A DNA stretch of 64,000 nt from Alphaproteobacteria bacterium (GCA_017466525.1 JAFTTY010000038.1:468-64467); one strand, 5' to 3'; shown: positions 1 to 10,014, counted from the stretch's first letter. The notes: generated by a model from the sequence alone, not told the origin. Translations and numbers: made by a program.

Positions 1-3000
1 TGCAGACCATAAATTACACGGCAATCTGTTATCTTACTTTTACCCTTCGAAGAAGCCCAGTCAATCACCGAAACACTGCGTTCTTTCATCAATGGGTTTT
101 CTGGTTCATACCCCTGTTGCCATATTGGATACCATTCTTGTGGATAATCCGCCAATGTCATCTTATGCGTCTGTGCATCTGGGCAGGCGTTAATACCACC
201 TGTTGAACCATAGTTAATATTAACATCACCCGGACAGTAATTACCACCCAAACAAACCGTTTCCGCAGCAAACGCTTCTGCCACGTACTGACCAGCGGTT
301 GTGGTCAAATAGCACTGCGATTCTGCCGACGCCCCAACATTTGAGTTAACATAGTTTTCTGGGCACACTGTTCTTATACCGGTTTGTGCAGTACAATAGT
401 ATCCTGCGTCACACTGGACCTGACCTGTACAGGCAATTCCATCGGCACATTCTGCACCGTCCTTGATGGTATAAAATCCAGTACTTGCCGTTTTGCATTC
501 TACTTGACCTTCTTGATCTTGGTACATATTACGTCCCTGACAACTGATCGGCGTATATCCCACGTCATTTGACGTTTCGCCATATGATACCATATGCGCG
601 GTTGGTTGATACATCCCCAATTGTGCCGGCGAATACACTATATCACCCGCGGTTTCGATATAATAACCTGCCGGAACACTCATTTCGCATTGCGAATTAG
701 AATACTTACCCAATTCTATATTAGCACTATAGCCACGCGGACATGGATAATATCCACCTGTATCATTCGTTCCATCAGACACAAAGATATACACTTTGTC
801 GCCACCCGGACAAAATCCACCTGCCGGACAAATTTCCTGTCCTTGCCCCTGAAACGCCACATAATATCCCGGTTGGGTATTCAGATAGCATGACAGTGGA
901 GAATCTGAACCTGCATCCGAATATGGGTACGCATGATTCAGGTATGCGGTTGGATTTGCCTCATACTCCTCTATCGTGGCACCTGTGAAGCACCGTTCCG
1001 CACCACCTGCAAATACACCACCACCCGACTGTTCATGGAATCCATAATAGATGGTTTCCCCACCGAGACAATAATGATTTTCCGGACATATCACCTGGCC
1101 CTGGCCGGCTTCTGCCACGTACTGACCAGCGGTTGTGGTCAGATAACATTCTTGTATCACCACAGCACCAGCCCCAGAATTTGGATATTCTGCCGGACAT
1201 ACTTCTATACCCTGGGCGACATTTGGATTGTAATAAAAGTCGCGATCCGATTCATAATCTTCACCGTCGTTTCCACAATATGAACCTGCTGGGCACGATA
1301 CACACGCCGTTGCCCCCGCGGGTAAATACGTACCCGGTTCGCACGTATACTTTATTGGTGTACATGTCTGTGACAAATTCGTAATGGTCGCAGCCCCATC
1401 TGAAACAGTGTATCCAGTATTACATACACAATGTGTTGAATACGTCAAACCATCTGCATCTAATCCATATGGCTGTGCGGTTGAATTCGCCGGACATGGA
1501 TTTCTACCATCAAAGCGAACCAATCCGTTATTCGCACTGCTGGAACACCATGCAACATTCTCGTCAGCACCCGTATCGGCAATTGTCACCGTATACCCCG
1601 GGCAGTAATCAGCCACAACGTCAGAGCAATGATCAAATACGGTCACACTTTCAACCCCATCACAGTAATCAATTGATTTTCCCGCCGGCAATGTAAAGGC
1701 GCATTGATCACGCGATGTGATTGTACTTTCGGCAGACTGGAATCCCGCCGGGCACATTTCAAGACCGGTCAACCCAGGTCCCTGATATTTTTGCACACCA
1801 CCCGGGCAATAGAAACCAGTCCCCATACCATACATGGTTGCTTCTCGCTTTATTATTGCGCTGTCACATGCGGCAAGTGTCACACTGCCATTTGCCTGGT
1901 CAACCGCCACGGCATATCCCGGATCCAATTCTATATAGCACACTTTTTCATCTGCCTGACCCTGTGTTCCTTCAGATGTCGCACCTTCGTCGGATGTAAA
2001 CTTATCTGGACATTTATTCATACCCTGATTTGTACTGGAATATGAATATGAACCACCCCGACAATAATAGCCCGCTTCGCATGTTTTGCACGTCAGCGAA
2101 TTAGCCGGCAGATACGTACCCGCAACACAATTTACTGTTTTCAACGATTTACACGCATATAACGTTCCAATTGTTCCAATCGAATCCGAATCAGACTCGT
2201 ATGGCCCACCACCATCCAGTGGGAAAACCTGATTTCCAAATCCCACTGTTTCATAGTAATATTCGTCAAACACGGATGCGAAATAATCTGTGTCAAGTAT
2301 TTCATTAGGATACCATGTGGTATATTCACAATTCGGATCCAACCCCCAGTTTTCGGTAAAATTATACCCGGTTTGTGTCAGTCCCGTATCCACATACGGC
2401 ATAACACAGGTGTAATCCCGATAACACTTTAACAATCCGCCATTCGTACCAGATATATCTGTCATATATTCTGATTCATCCCCCCCATTAGAGGCAATCA
2501 TTGTGTTCATAATCACAACAACACCAGACCCACCATTTTTATCAACCTTAACCCCAGCATAACAATCCGTCGCAGGATTAGACGCCCCCGCATCTGACAT
2601 CATTAACGGCCACCCCACATCACTTATACATGTTTGCATATAACCAGAGTTTTTTATCATATCCAGTGTCGGCACATTATTCAAATAATTCGAATACGAA
2701 ACTTTGTAGTTACCGGAGCAATAATACCCAGGCGGACAAGGCAAAATCATCTTATTATCATTATTCCAGTAATTACCCGCTGTCACTCTGTAATAACAAT
2801 TATTTTGCGCGGAACAGAGTGAGTCAGACGTCATTCCCAACGGACATACGTTTTTCGAATTATTGTAACACCAATATCCCGGCTCGCACGGTTTACACGA
2901 AGCACCAGCGGCATAATACCCTGCGGCGCACGAGGTATCCTGTGTCACCGGCACAAATTCCATAGTATAGGGCTCTGTCACAAGTGCCAACGTCGAAACA

Positions 3001-5243
3001 TCCTCGCCTGGCGCAAACACACGTCCACTGTAATCACTAATATCAAACCCGCCGCTGTACGCCAACTGCCATCCAGCCAGCTTTACACCTGTCAGTTGTG
3101 CCCAACCTGTCTGTGCAAAAGTTGGCAATATACATTTACCACTAAACTGACCACAGGTTACAACAACTTCTGAACCATCGAAAATATCGGGTAGTATCAA
3201 CGCCTGAACCTCTACACCTTCTTTCAATGCATAGAACGTCAACGGTTCTTCATCGGTGGATACATACAAAAATTCATCATCCGTATATTGTGGCGTGGTA
3301 TCATATGCGCCCTGTGGATTGGGCTTGGTCGTCGACCAATAACCAGTCGCCGTAAAACCATCTTGAACCAAAACCGCCGACGGTATGAAAGAAACTTCTG
3401 TATTATAATAAACAATATATGTTCTTTGTCCAACCGTACCCAAATCACGCCAGGTCATACCATTTGAATCCAAAATTATATCACGATAACATCTTGAAAT
3501 TCCAAACGCACCGGCATCAGATGTCCAGTTTTCTGGACATGGATTTTCTGTCACACTGGTCGACCCCGCCGGACAGTAATACCCCGCAGAACACGGCGTC
3601 CAACACGCATAAAGTGTCACATTCGAAGAATATGTCGAACTAAAATCCGATGTAATTTTCCCCTCGGCATCGATACGTTCTGTACCACCACAACTTTCTT
3701 CAGTATAATAACCACTAAACACATAGCCTCCACGCTGTGGCCGCGTAATTGGGTTCGTTGTTTCCGTCATCGTCTGAGTCATTCCAGAATCCAAATAAAC
3801 CGCATCACCGAACACCGAATATATCGCCGTTGTTCCACTACTCGACCCCCCTTGACGATTCAAGGTTATTGTAATCGGCCTGCGCATCGCCGGATAATAC
3901 ACAGCATTGCTGGACGTACTGGTAACGTATTTTATATTGGTAATGGCGCCACTAACCCTGTTGCTATTAGGAACTGGAATGAATGTATACCAGCCACCCA
4001 AAACTTTGAACTGGTCACGCGACAAACCACTTGTGTCAGGAAACACGCACCCCACTTGATATTTACAACACACATCTACGCTTTGCGAACTGCTGCTGGG
4101 GGTCCATGTATGTGAATTCCCACATCCGTCTACCCATGTCAGTGTTGCACCGGTCGCACTACCCCAATTTAACGTCACATTACGAAAACACTGATTACGC
4201 GAACTGGCCGCCGCCGCCGAAGACCACAAATTATTGGTATTGGGCGTTGTTGTACCAGTATCACAGTCATATGCAGTTGTACTGGTCGACCCCGCCGGAC
4301 AGTAATACCCCGCCGCACATGGCAACCAATGCGCATACCATGTCACATTTCCCGTAATCGTGGAACCCGAACCAATATAATAACCACTGGCGTTTATCAT
4401 TTGCGTGCCACCAGCATTTGTGGCGGTATAATAACCATTAAACACATAACCTGCACGTGTTGGCACCGTAATTGGGTTTTGCGAACTGCTCATCAAATAT
4501 GACGTTGCCGCCGAATCCAAGTAAATACCCGTACCATACTTTGAATAAATCGTCACAGTACCTGCAATACCCGATGTGTCACCGTTTTTTTGCGGGCTTA
4601 ATGTCACGGCAATCGGGGCCGACGTATGTGCCGGAAACAATATCCGTGTCGTATTATTGTCATCAAATGTAAATTCTGTCGTTGTTCCACCTGTTGAATC
4701 AGAAGCCGACGTCACCCAACCACCCGTATATCGTACATATGGATTATACAACGCATTATTCGTTGTTACTGACGTTGACGACTTTTGCGTTACGGTTGGC
4801 AACTTACACGATATGCCATAATAACACTGTACCGTTAAATTAGACGTACCTGTTGCCGTACGTGTCACACCATCAACCGGATTGACCATTGACAATGTAC
4901 CATTACCGGTAACACCATTGCTAAGTTTACGCATTGTAACAGATGTATAACATTCAGAGCGCGACTTTGCCCCCGCCAACGATGTCCATACACCATCTGA
5001 CGAAATCGCCGTACCCGTATCACAATCAAATTTGTTTTGTAGCCCCCCCGCACAATAATACCCAGCAGGACACGACACGCATGAATTCGACCCATCTACT
5101 GAAAGACTTAAATAATACCCCGGTTTACACGACGTATACTTTTTCAAAGCCGGACATGTATACCCCGCACCAAACGCATCAACGGTAAAAAACGAAACGA
5201 TTAAAATCGCGCAAAAGCGCAGAAATCTTGAAAATCTTCCCAC
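1..5243 (-). CDS. Giant secreted cysteine-rich repeat surface protein; N-terminal ~1747 codons only, C-terminus lies beyond the left window edge
   Basis: GTG at 5243 follows AGAGGAAG (SD-like). The N-terminus MGRFSRFLRFCAILIVSFFTVDAFG looks like a Sec signal. Hand translation in this frame is open and sensible at 5243, 4460, 3608, 2945, 1148, 314 and 59-3. It is absent from the ORF track, presumably because there is no stop inside the window. Recurrent C-x-AGYYCPAGSTS-type cysteine motifs alternate with units such as GYVFNGYYTATNAGGTQMINASGYYIGSGSTITGNVTWYAHW, which resemble Listeria-Bacteroides (Flg_new) repeats. Confidence 0.75.
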   Translation of the reverse strand, partial: MGRFSRFLRFCAILIVSFFTVDAFGAGYTCPALKKYTSCKPGYYLSLSVDGSNSCVSCPAGYYCAGGLQNKFDCDTGTAISSDGVWTSLAGAKSRSECYTSVTMRKLSNGVTGNGTLSMVNPVDGVTRTATGTSNLTVQCYYGISCKLPTVTQKSSTSVTTNNALYNPYVRYTGGWVTSASDSTGGTTTEFTFDDNNTTRILFPAHTSAPIAVTLSPQKNGDTSGIAGTVTIYSKYGTGIYLDSAATSYLMSSSQNPITVPTRAGYVFNGYYTATNAGGTQMINASGYYIGSGSTITGNVTWYAHWLPCAAGYYCPAGSTSTTAYDCDTGTTTPNTNNLWSSAAAASSRNQCFRNVTLNWGSATGATLTWVDGCGNSHTWTPSSSSQSVDVCCKYQVGCVFPDTSGLSRDQFKVLGGWYTFIPVPNSNRVSGAITNIKYVTSTSSNAVYYPAMRRPITITLNRQGGSSSGTTAIYSVFGDAVYLDSGMTQTMTETTNPITRPQRGGYVFSGYYTEESCGGTERIDAEGKITSDFSSTYSSNVTLYACWTPCSAGYYCPAGSTSVTENPCPENWTSDAGAFGISRCYRDIILDSNGMTWRDLGTVGQRTYIVYYNTEVSFIPSAVLVQDGFTATGYWSTTKPNPQGAYDTTPQYTDDEFLYVSTDEEPLTFYALKEGVEVQALILPDIFDGSEVVVTCGQFSGKCILPTFAQTGWAQLTGVKLAGWQLAYSGGFDISDYSGRVFAPGEDVSTLALVTEPYTMEFVPVTQDTSCAAGYYAAGASCKPCEPGYWCYNNSKNVCPLGMTSDSLCSAQNNCYYRVTAGNYWNNDNKMILPCPPGYYCSGNYKVSYSNYLNNVPTLDMIKNSGYMQTCISDVGWPLMMSDAGASNPATDCYAGVKVDKNGGSGVVVIMNTMIASNGGDESEYMTDISGTNGGLLKCYRDYTCVMPYVDTGLTQTGYNFTENWGLDPNCEYTTWYPNEILDTDYFASVFDEYYYETVGFGNQVFPLDGGGPYESDSDSIGTIGTLYACKSLKTVNCVAGTYLPANSLTCKTCEAGYYCRGGSYSYSSTNQGMNKCPDKFTSDEGATSEGTQGQADEKVCYIELDPGYAVAVDQANGSVTLAACDSAIIKREATMYGMGTGFYCPGGVQKYQGPGLTGLEMCPAGFQSAESTITSRDQCAFTLPAGKSIDYCDGVESVTVFDHCSDVVADYCPGYTVTIADTGADENVAWCSSSANNGLVRFDGRNPCPANSTAQPYGLDADGLTYSTHCVCNTGYTVSDGAATITNLSQTCTPIKYTCEPGTYLPAGATACVSCPAGSYCGNDGEDYESDRDFYYNPNVAQGIEVCPAEYPNSGAGAVVIQECYLTTTAGQYVAEAGQGQVICPENHYCLGGETIYYGFHEQSGGGVFAGGAERCFTGATIEEYEANPTAYLNHAYPYSDAGSDSPLSCYLNTQPGYYVAFQGQGQEICPAGGFCPGGDKVYIFVSDGTNDTGGYYPCPRGYSANIELGKYSNSQCEMSVPAGYYIETAGDIVYSPAQLGMYQPTAHMVSYGETSNDVGYTPISCQGRNMYQDQEGQVECKTASTGFYTIKDGAECADGIACTGQVQCDAGYYCTAQTGIRTVCPENYVNSNVGASAESQCYLTTTAGQYVAEAFAAETVCLGGNYCPGDVNINYGSTGGINACPDAQTHKMTLADYPQEWYPIWQQGYEPENPLMKERSVSVIDWASSKGKSKITDCRVIYGL

Positions 5244-5295
5244 TTTTCTTCCTCTTTATACCCGTATCATAGAAAAAAGCAAGGGGGGTACACAA

Positions 5296-5325
5296 GTAAA
5301 AAATCCGGTGTCACCGGATTTTTTT
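5296..5325 (-). terminator. Rho-independent terminator after the M14-like peptidase gene
   Basis: Hairpin TCCGG-tgtca-CCGGA flanked by an A-run and a T-run, directly after the TAA at 5324-5326. Confidence 0.7.
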
Positions 5326-6478
5326 ATCGTGACAGACGATTCGTCATATCATGAAACAAAACATTTACATTTTTTAACGCCGCATTACGCCAACGGACAT
5401 CCGATGGATACCAACTTTCCGTCAGGTTTTTCCATGTCTGGGGATTAATTTCACCATAATTTAGTAAATCATATCGCGCATCCCCCATATCCATACGCTT
5501 ATAAATCGGGGACATTATTGGGAACTCGCCGGTTCCAACCTCAAAATCAGCAGTATAAACCGGACGATTTGACGTTGCATAACGATTTTCCAGACAATCA
5601 ACCAAATCGCCCAGCAATGACGGACCATTAACAGCTTTTTCATCTGGGACAATCGTCGTATTCGGGGTCAAACCCGCAAAAAACCGGGTGTTTTTATGTG
5701 CCCCTGGGTGCGAAACCAACATTTGCGACGTCACACGACCAGACTTTCTGTAAAAACGCCCCAAACCGGTATGCATGCCAATGGAAATCAAAGAATCAGC
5801 ATCATGCATAATCTCATCATAAATTGACATCGTCATCAAATTTTCAATCATCGGCGTCGAACCACCATAAAACAGCCCGTACGGTTGAGTATACTGCCCA
5901 TAACTGATCGCGTCCCATACACCGTCATCCAAATGCACAGCACGAAATTCTTTTATCGCGTTCTTTTTTACAACTTTGTCCGGCTTTGACAATAACAAAT
6001 CATGCGCCAATTCATATTTTGGGTTCTGGGGCAGGGCATCAGGCCGACTAAAATCAACCCCAAAATTGCGATTTAAATCGACCAAGCCACCATGCTTTTT
6101 ATCGCGCACCTCTCTCATACGGTTTTGCATACCCCAACCGTTGATAATATGTATCAAAACAAAAGTGTATTTTTTCAATAGTTCTGGGGATAAATTTGGC
6201 ACAATCTTATCAAGAAATAATAATTGTGCAGCGCTGCCAAAATAACCCTCTATCCCATGAACACCAGAATTTATAACGACCTTGTGCGGACCTGTGCCAA
6301 TTGAAACATATGGAATGTCAAATTTATGCCCCGGCGCAACACACCAACGCAATTGCCCACACTTTACAGCATTTTGACAGAATTTTTCAGTTGCCTGATA
6401 CCAATTTTCAGAATAATAATCTCGTCGCATTTTTTTGCCTTTGGTTTTTTCTCTCTCACGCCCCGCCGGCCCCGACAT
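5324..6478 (-). CDS. M14-like zinc carboxypeptidase family protein (DUF2817-like)
   Basis: 384-aa ORF with NSGVHGIEG (HxxE zinc motif) and DLNRNF, both typical of the M14/DUF2817 fold. ATG at 6478 lies 4 nt after the tolA stop and follows AGGA. Confidence 0.65.
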   Translation of the reverse strand: MSGPAGREREKTKGKKMRRDYYSENWYQATEKFCQNAVKCGQLRWCVAPGHKFDIPYVSIGTGPHKVVINSGVHGIEGYFGSAAQLLFLDKIVPNLSPELLKKYTFVLIHIINGWGMQNRMREVRDKKHGGLVDLNRNFGVDFSRPDALPQNPKYELAHDLLLSKPDKVVKKNAIKEFRAVHLDDGVWDAISYGQYTQPYGLFYGGSTPMIENLMTMSIYDEIMHDADSLISIGMHTGLGRFYRKSGRVTSQMLVSHPGAHKNTRFFAGLTPNTTIVPDEKAVNGPSLLGDLVDCLENRYATSNRPVYTADFEVGTGEFPIMSPIYKRMDMGDARYDLLNYGEINPQTWKNLTESWYPSDVRWRNAALKNVNVLFHDMTNRLSR

Positions 6479-6482
6479 TTTC

Positions 6483-7292
6483 CTACATAACTTTACCCTG
6501 GGTTGGATAGAAAGTTAACTGTATCTTTTTCCATTTTTCAAATTCATTTGTTGGCAACATACGCAATGGCTGACACGTGTCAATCGCCGCCCGTATTGTA
6601 TCCAACACATACGCAAATGCCGGATCTGTTTCCGCACGCGATTCTGATTCAAACCAAACGTCTTGAACCGTACCGTTTTTTCGCATCGTCAGATGTGCCA
6701 CCGCACGAATATCTGCAATATCTGGACGCTTTGTATCGACAACCCAACAACGCGTCATCGCAACACGCAACGCGTCAACAACAGATATCGTCAAGGTTCT
6801 ATCCAGTGATAAAACCTCACGATTGACACGCACAACTTTCTTTTTCTTTGGCGCGGCCGGCGCATCCGTGACAGGTTTTGACACCTCTTTTGATTCTTCT
6901 TTCTGTGGCTCTGGCTTTTTTTCCGGCTCTTCCACCTTTTCATCTGGTTCCGGTTCTGGTTCCGGCTCTTCAACCAATGTTGGTGTTTCTATCTCTACCT
7001 TTTCTGGTTCTTCTGCCTTTACTTCCTTGGTATCTGGTTTTGCCACTGGGGCAGGGGTAGGCTCTTCCTCTTTCTGTTCAACAACCTGACCAACATTATA
7101 AAGTTTTGTTTCATCACCAGACACAACAACCTGATTCAAATCAATTTCAATAATTTCAATCCTGTCTGGCGTCACCAGGCGCGCACGGTTAACAACAATC
7201 GCAAACGATGTTATCATAATTGCAACCAACGCCAAATGTCCGCCAACAGACATCAACAAGTTTTCTGATGAAAATTGATTAAACTTCGCCAT
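6483..7292 (-). CDS. tolA: TolA-like cell envelope integrity protein
   Basis: N-terminal TM helix, Glu/Pro/Lys-rich linker (EEPEPEPEPDEKVEEPEKKPEP) and a TolA/TonB-C-like C-terminal domain. Lies directly downstream of tolQ-tolR. Confidence 0.7.
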   Translation of the reverse strand: MAKFNQFSSENLLMSVGGHLALVAIMITSFAIVVNRARLVTPDRIEIIEIDLNQVVVSGDETKLYNVGQVVEQKEEEPTPAPVAKPDTKEVKAEEPEKVEIETPTLVEEPEPEPEPDEKVEEPEKKPEPQKEESKEVSKPVTDAPAAPKKKKVVRVNREVLSLDRTLTISVVDALRVAMTRCWVVDTKRPDIADIRAVAHLTMRKNGTVQDVWFESESRAETDPAFAYVLDTIRAAIDTCQPLRMLPTNEFEKWKKIQLTFYPTQGKVM

Positions 7293-7298
7293 TTACGA

Positions 7299-7697
7299 TT
7301 ACTCTGGTTGTGTACGCAGTCCAACTTTTTGAAAACCAACATCTTTTAATTTACCCATCATAGACATAACCGCACCATAATCAGCATGGGTATCACCACT
7401 AATCATAATCGTCAGGTTTGGATTTTCACCACGCATTGCAATTGCACGCTTTACAACCTCGTCCCGGGGTAATTCCATTTCTGACAAGAAATAACGCCCA
7501 CGCGCATCAACGCTAATCTGAATTGCATGATCATTGCCCGTCATCGCAGATGCACCTGCACGTGGCAATTCCAAATCAATCCCCGTTGTCATCATTGGTG
7601 TTGTCACCATAAATACCGCCAACAACACCGTCATAACGTCAATCATTGGCGTTAACTGAATTCCAGAATCAGATTGTCTGCGACGCATACGTGACAT
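7299..7697 (-). CDS. tolR: TolR/ExbD family protein
   Basis: MSRMRRRQSDSGIQLTPMIDVMTVLLAVFMV is the ExbD/TolR signature. I use the internal ATG at 7697 because the track start at 7814 would overlap tolQ. Confidence 0.85.
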   Translation of the reverse strand: MSRMRRRQSDSGIQLTPMIDVMTVLLAVFMVTTPMMTTGIDLELPRAGASAMTGNDHAIQISVDARGRYFLSEMELPRDEVVKRAIAMRGENPNLTIMISGDTHADYGAVMSMMGKLKDVGFQKVGLRTQPE

Positions 7698-7707
7698 TAT
7701 AATATCC

Positions 7708-8199
7708 TTATTTTTTCGAATTAAATTCACGACGCACATCGTCCAGACGGTCGTATAAATCATCAGCCTTTTTCGCAAAAACCTGATGCGCAATCGCCGC
7801 AGGCACCGCCGCAATCAACCCCAACGCAGTTGTCCCCAACGCAACCGCCAGTCCTGGTGCAATAACGCCAATGCTAACCGACTGATTAATTCCAATCGAC
7901 GCGAAAGAATCCATAACGCCCCAAACTGTACCGAACAAACCAATAAACGGCGAAATATATGCGACCATCGCCAAGAACCACAAATTCTTGTCAAACGGAC
8001 GAACCAAGCGTTCCGGCGCAACCGCCATGTTATCAGACGCCTTTAATCTAACTGGATTTCTTTTGACCATTTTCCACAGACGGATTTTTTCAATAATAAC
8101 CGCCCATGACATAACACTAAATATCACCAAGACAATCGACACAAAGATTGTCATAATATCGCCTGTAAACAAACTTAACAGCGAAAAATTACTTTCCAT
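7708..8199 (-). CDS. tolQ: TolQ/ExbB/MotA family proton channel (short, 163 aa)
   Basis: Conserved C-terminal TM pair FIGLFGTVWGVM...GLAVALGTTALGLIAAVPA. Context is ybgC-tolQ-tolR-tolA. Confidence 0.85.
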   Translation of the reverse strand: MESNFSLLSLFTGDIMTIFVSIVLVIFSVMSWAVIIEKIRLWKMVKRNPVRLKASDNMAVAPERLVRPFDKNLWFLAMVAYISPFIGLFGTVWGVMDSFASIGINQSVSIGVIAPGLAVALGTTALGLIAAVPAAIAHQVFAKKADDLYDRLDDVRREFNSKK

Positions 8200-8226
8200 T
8201 TTTTCCTTCCTTTCTTTTGTTAATAA

Positions 8227-8601
8227 TTACACCAATTGCTCTATAAATTCCGCAGGAATACGTTTTGGACGCATATCCACACCCAAATACGCAACCTTTA
8301 AGTTTATTATAGCACAAACATTCCCATCTTTCACGAACTTTTGCTCAATTTTTACCGTTGCCACCCCAACATCTGTCATAACTGTTTTTACGACAAAATC
8401 ATCTGCCGCCTTTAATGGTTGTAAATACTTAATATTTAATTCACGAATAACAAATCCGATATCATCACCAACCACAACATGCCCACGCAACCAATTCATA
8501 CGTGCGCGTTCCGCAATTTCCAGATATCGCGCATGATACACAATTCCTTCGGCATCCGTGTCCGCATACGCAACTGTAAATGGATAAACATGTTCTTTCA
8601 T
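8227..8601 (-). CDS. ybgC: YbgC-like 4HBT acyl-CoA thioesterase (copy 1)
   Basis: FTVAYADTDAEGIVYHARYLEIAERARMNWLR hotdog-fold motif, directly upstream of tolQ. Confidence 0.8.
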   Translation of the reverse strand: MKEHVYPFTVAYADTDAEGIVYHARYLEIAERARMNWLRGHVVVGDDIGFVIRELNIKYLQPLKAADDFVVKTVMTDVGVATVKIEQKFVKDGNVCAIINLKVAYLGVDMRPKRIPAEFIEQLV

Positions 8602-8649
8602 TTACATCTATCTCTGCTTATCTGTAACACTCATCATTTCTTTACGCAA

Positions 8650-9003
8650 TTATTCGGGGATACTCTTTAAACGCAAATCCGGTCCAATATATGCGACACG
8701 ACTATTCATCGTTGCACAGATTTTATTTTCTGGATTCAAGAAATACTGTACCGTATCCAGGAACACATTGCCGACCTTTAACACTTCTGTTTCGACACAA
8801 ATATCTTCGCCCAACTTTAATGGAAAGCTATAATTTACGTTTAAATTTTTAATAATAAAATTATCGCCCCTTGGAATCTTTTTACCACGCATCCAGTTCA
8901 TACGTGCACGCTCTGCAATTTCAATATAGCGCCCATGATACACGATTCCCCCCGCATCAGTATCCGCATAGGCAATTGTAAAATTATACTTATGTCTTGC
9001 CAT
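8650..9003 (-). CDS. YbgC-like 4HBT acyl-CoA thioesterase (copy 2, tandem paralogue)
   Basis: FTIAYADTDAGGIVYHGRYIEIAERARMNWMRG is clearly paralogous to the neighbouring gene. Confidence 0.8.
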   Translation of the reverse strand: MARHKYNFTIAYADTDAGGIVYHGRYIEIAERARMNWMRGKKIPRGDNFIIKNLNVNYSFPLKLGEDICVETEVLKVGNVFLDTVQYFLNPENKICATMNSRVAYIGPDLRLKSIPE

Positions 9004-9021
9004 GTTTTACTTTTTCCTTTT

Positions 9022-10011
9022 TTATTTTTCCAACCCCAAATGTGCATAACCCGCATCTGTTATTATTCGACCACGCGGTGTACGCTGCACAAACCCCAGT
9101 TGCATTAAATACGGTTCTATGACATCCTCTATCGTATCTGTTGGTTCAGATAGTGCCGCAGACAGATTTTCAATTCCAACAGGCCCACCTGCATAGAACT
9201 TTATAATCATATTCATATATTCGCGATCGATTTCATCCAACCCGCATTCATCGATATGTAACTGGAATAGGGTAGTTTTAATCGTATCTACTGTAATCTG
9301 CGCTTTTCCCAATGCACACGCAAAATCGCGAGCCCGTTTTAATAAACGATTTGCAATACGCGGCGTCCCACGCGCAGATTTTGCCAACATCAGTGCACCA
9401 TCTGCATCGATTGGCATACCCAAAATATTCGCACTGCGCATAATAATCTTAGACAAATCCGCCGGCGAATAAAATGTCAGACGTAAATCGATTCCAAATC
9501 TATCACGCAACGGATTGGACAGCAAGCCTGTTCTGGTTGTCGCCCCAACCAACGTAAATGGGGGCAGGTCGATACGAACACTTTTTGCGCTGGGGCCTTC
9601 GCCCAACATGATGTCCAACTTAAAATCTTCCATTGCAGAATATAAAACTTCTTCGATTGCCGTCGGCAGACGATGAATTTCATCAATAAACCATACGTCC
9701 ATCGGTTCCAAAGCCGTCAGAATTGCCGCCAAATCGCCTTGCTTGGTCAACATTGGTGCCGCCGTTGCACGAAAATTTGTCCCCAATTCATTCGCAACAA
9801 TATGTGCCAAGGTTGTTTTTCCCAACCCCGGGGGACCATACAGCAATACATGATCCATTACCTCGCCCCGATTACGCGCACCAGACACAAACACAGACAA
9901 ATTCTGTTTTAAACTTTCATGCCCAATAAAGTCAGACAATGAACGTGGTCGAATTGACGCAACCATATCATCTGGAATATTTACATCTAAAAATCTTTCT
10001 TTGTTCTGCAT
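9022..10011 (-). CDS. ruvB: Holliday junction branch migration ATPase RuvB
   Basis: LLYGPPGLGKTTLA Walker A, IDEIHRL Walker B/sensor, and full-length RuvB-like sequence. Confidence 0.97.
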   Translation of the reverse strand: MQNKERFLDVNIPDDMVASIRPRSLSDFIGHESLKQNLSVFVSGARNRGEVMDHVLLYGPPGLGKTTLAHIVANELGTNFRATAAPMLTKQGDLAAILTALEPMDVWFIDEIHRLPTAIEEVLYSAMEDFKLDIMLGEGPSAKSVRIDLPPFTLVGATTRTGLLSNPLRDRFGIDLRLTFYSPADLSKIIMRSANILGMPIDADGALMLAKSARGTPRIANRLLKRARDFACALGKAQITVDTIKTTLFQLHIDECGLDEIDREYMNMIIKFYAGGPVGIENLSAALSEPTDTIEDVIEPYLMQLGFVQRTPRGRIITDAGYAHLGLEK

Positions 10012-10014
10012 ACC

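Noticed and set aside
384-5188. About 25 plus-strand ORFs of 60-116 aa in the track across the first 5.2 kb
   Set aside because: They are antisense shadows of one continuous minus-strand frame (GTG 5243 to the window edge) that translates into a coherent repeat protein. None has a convincing start context or recognisable motif.
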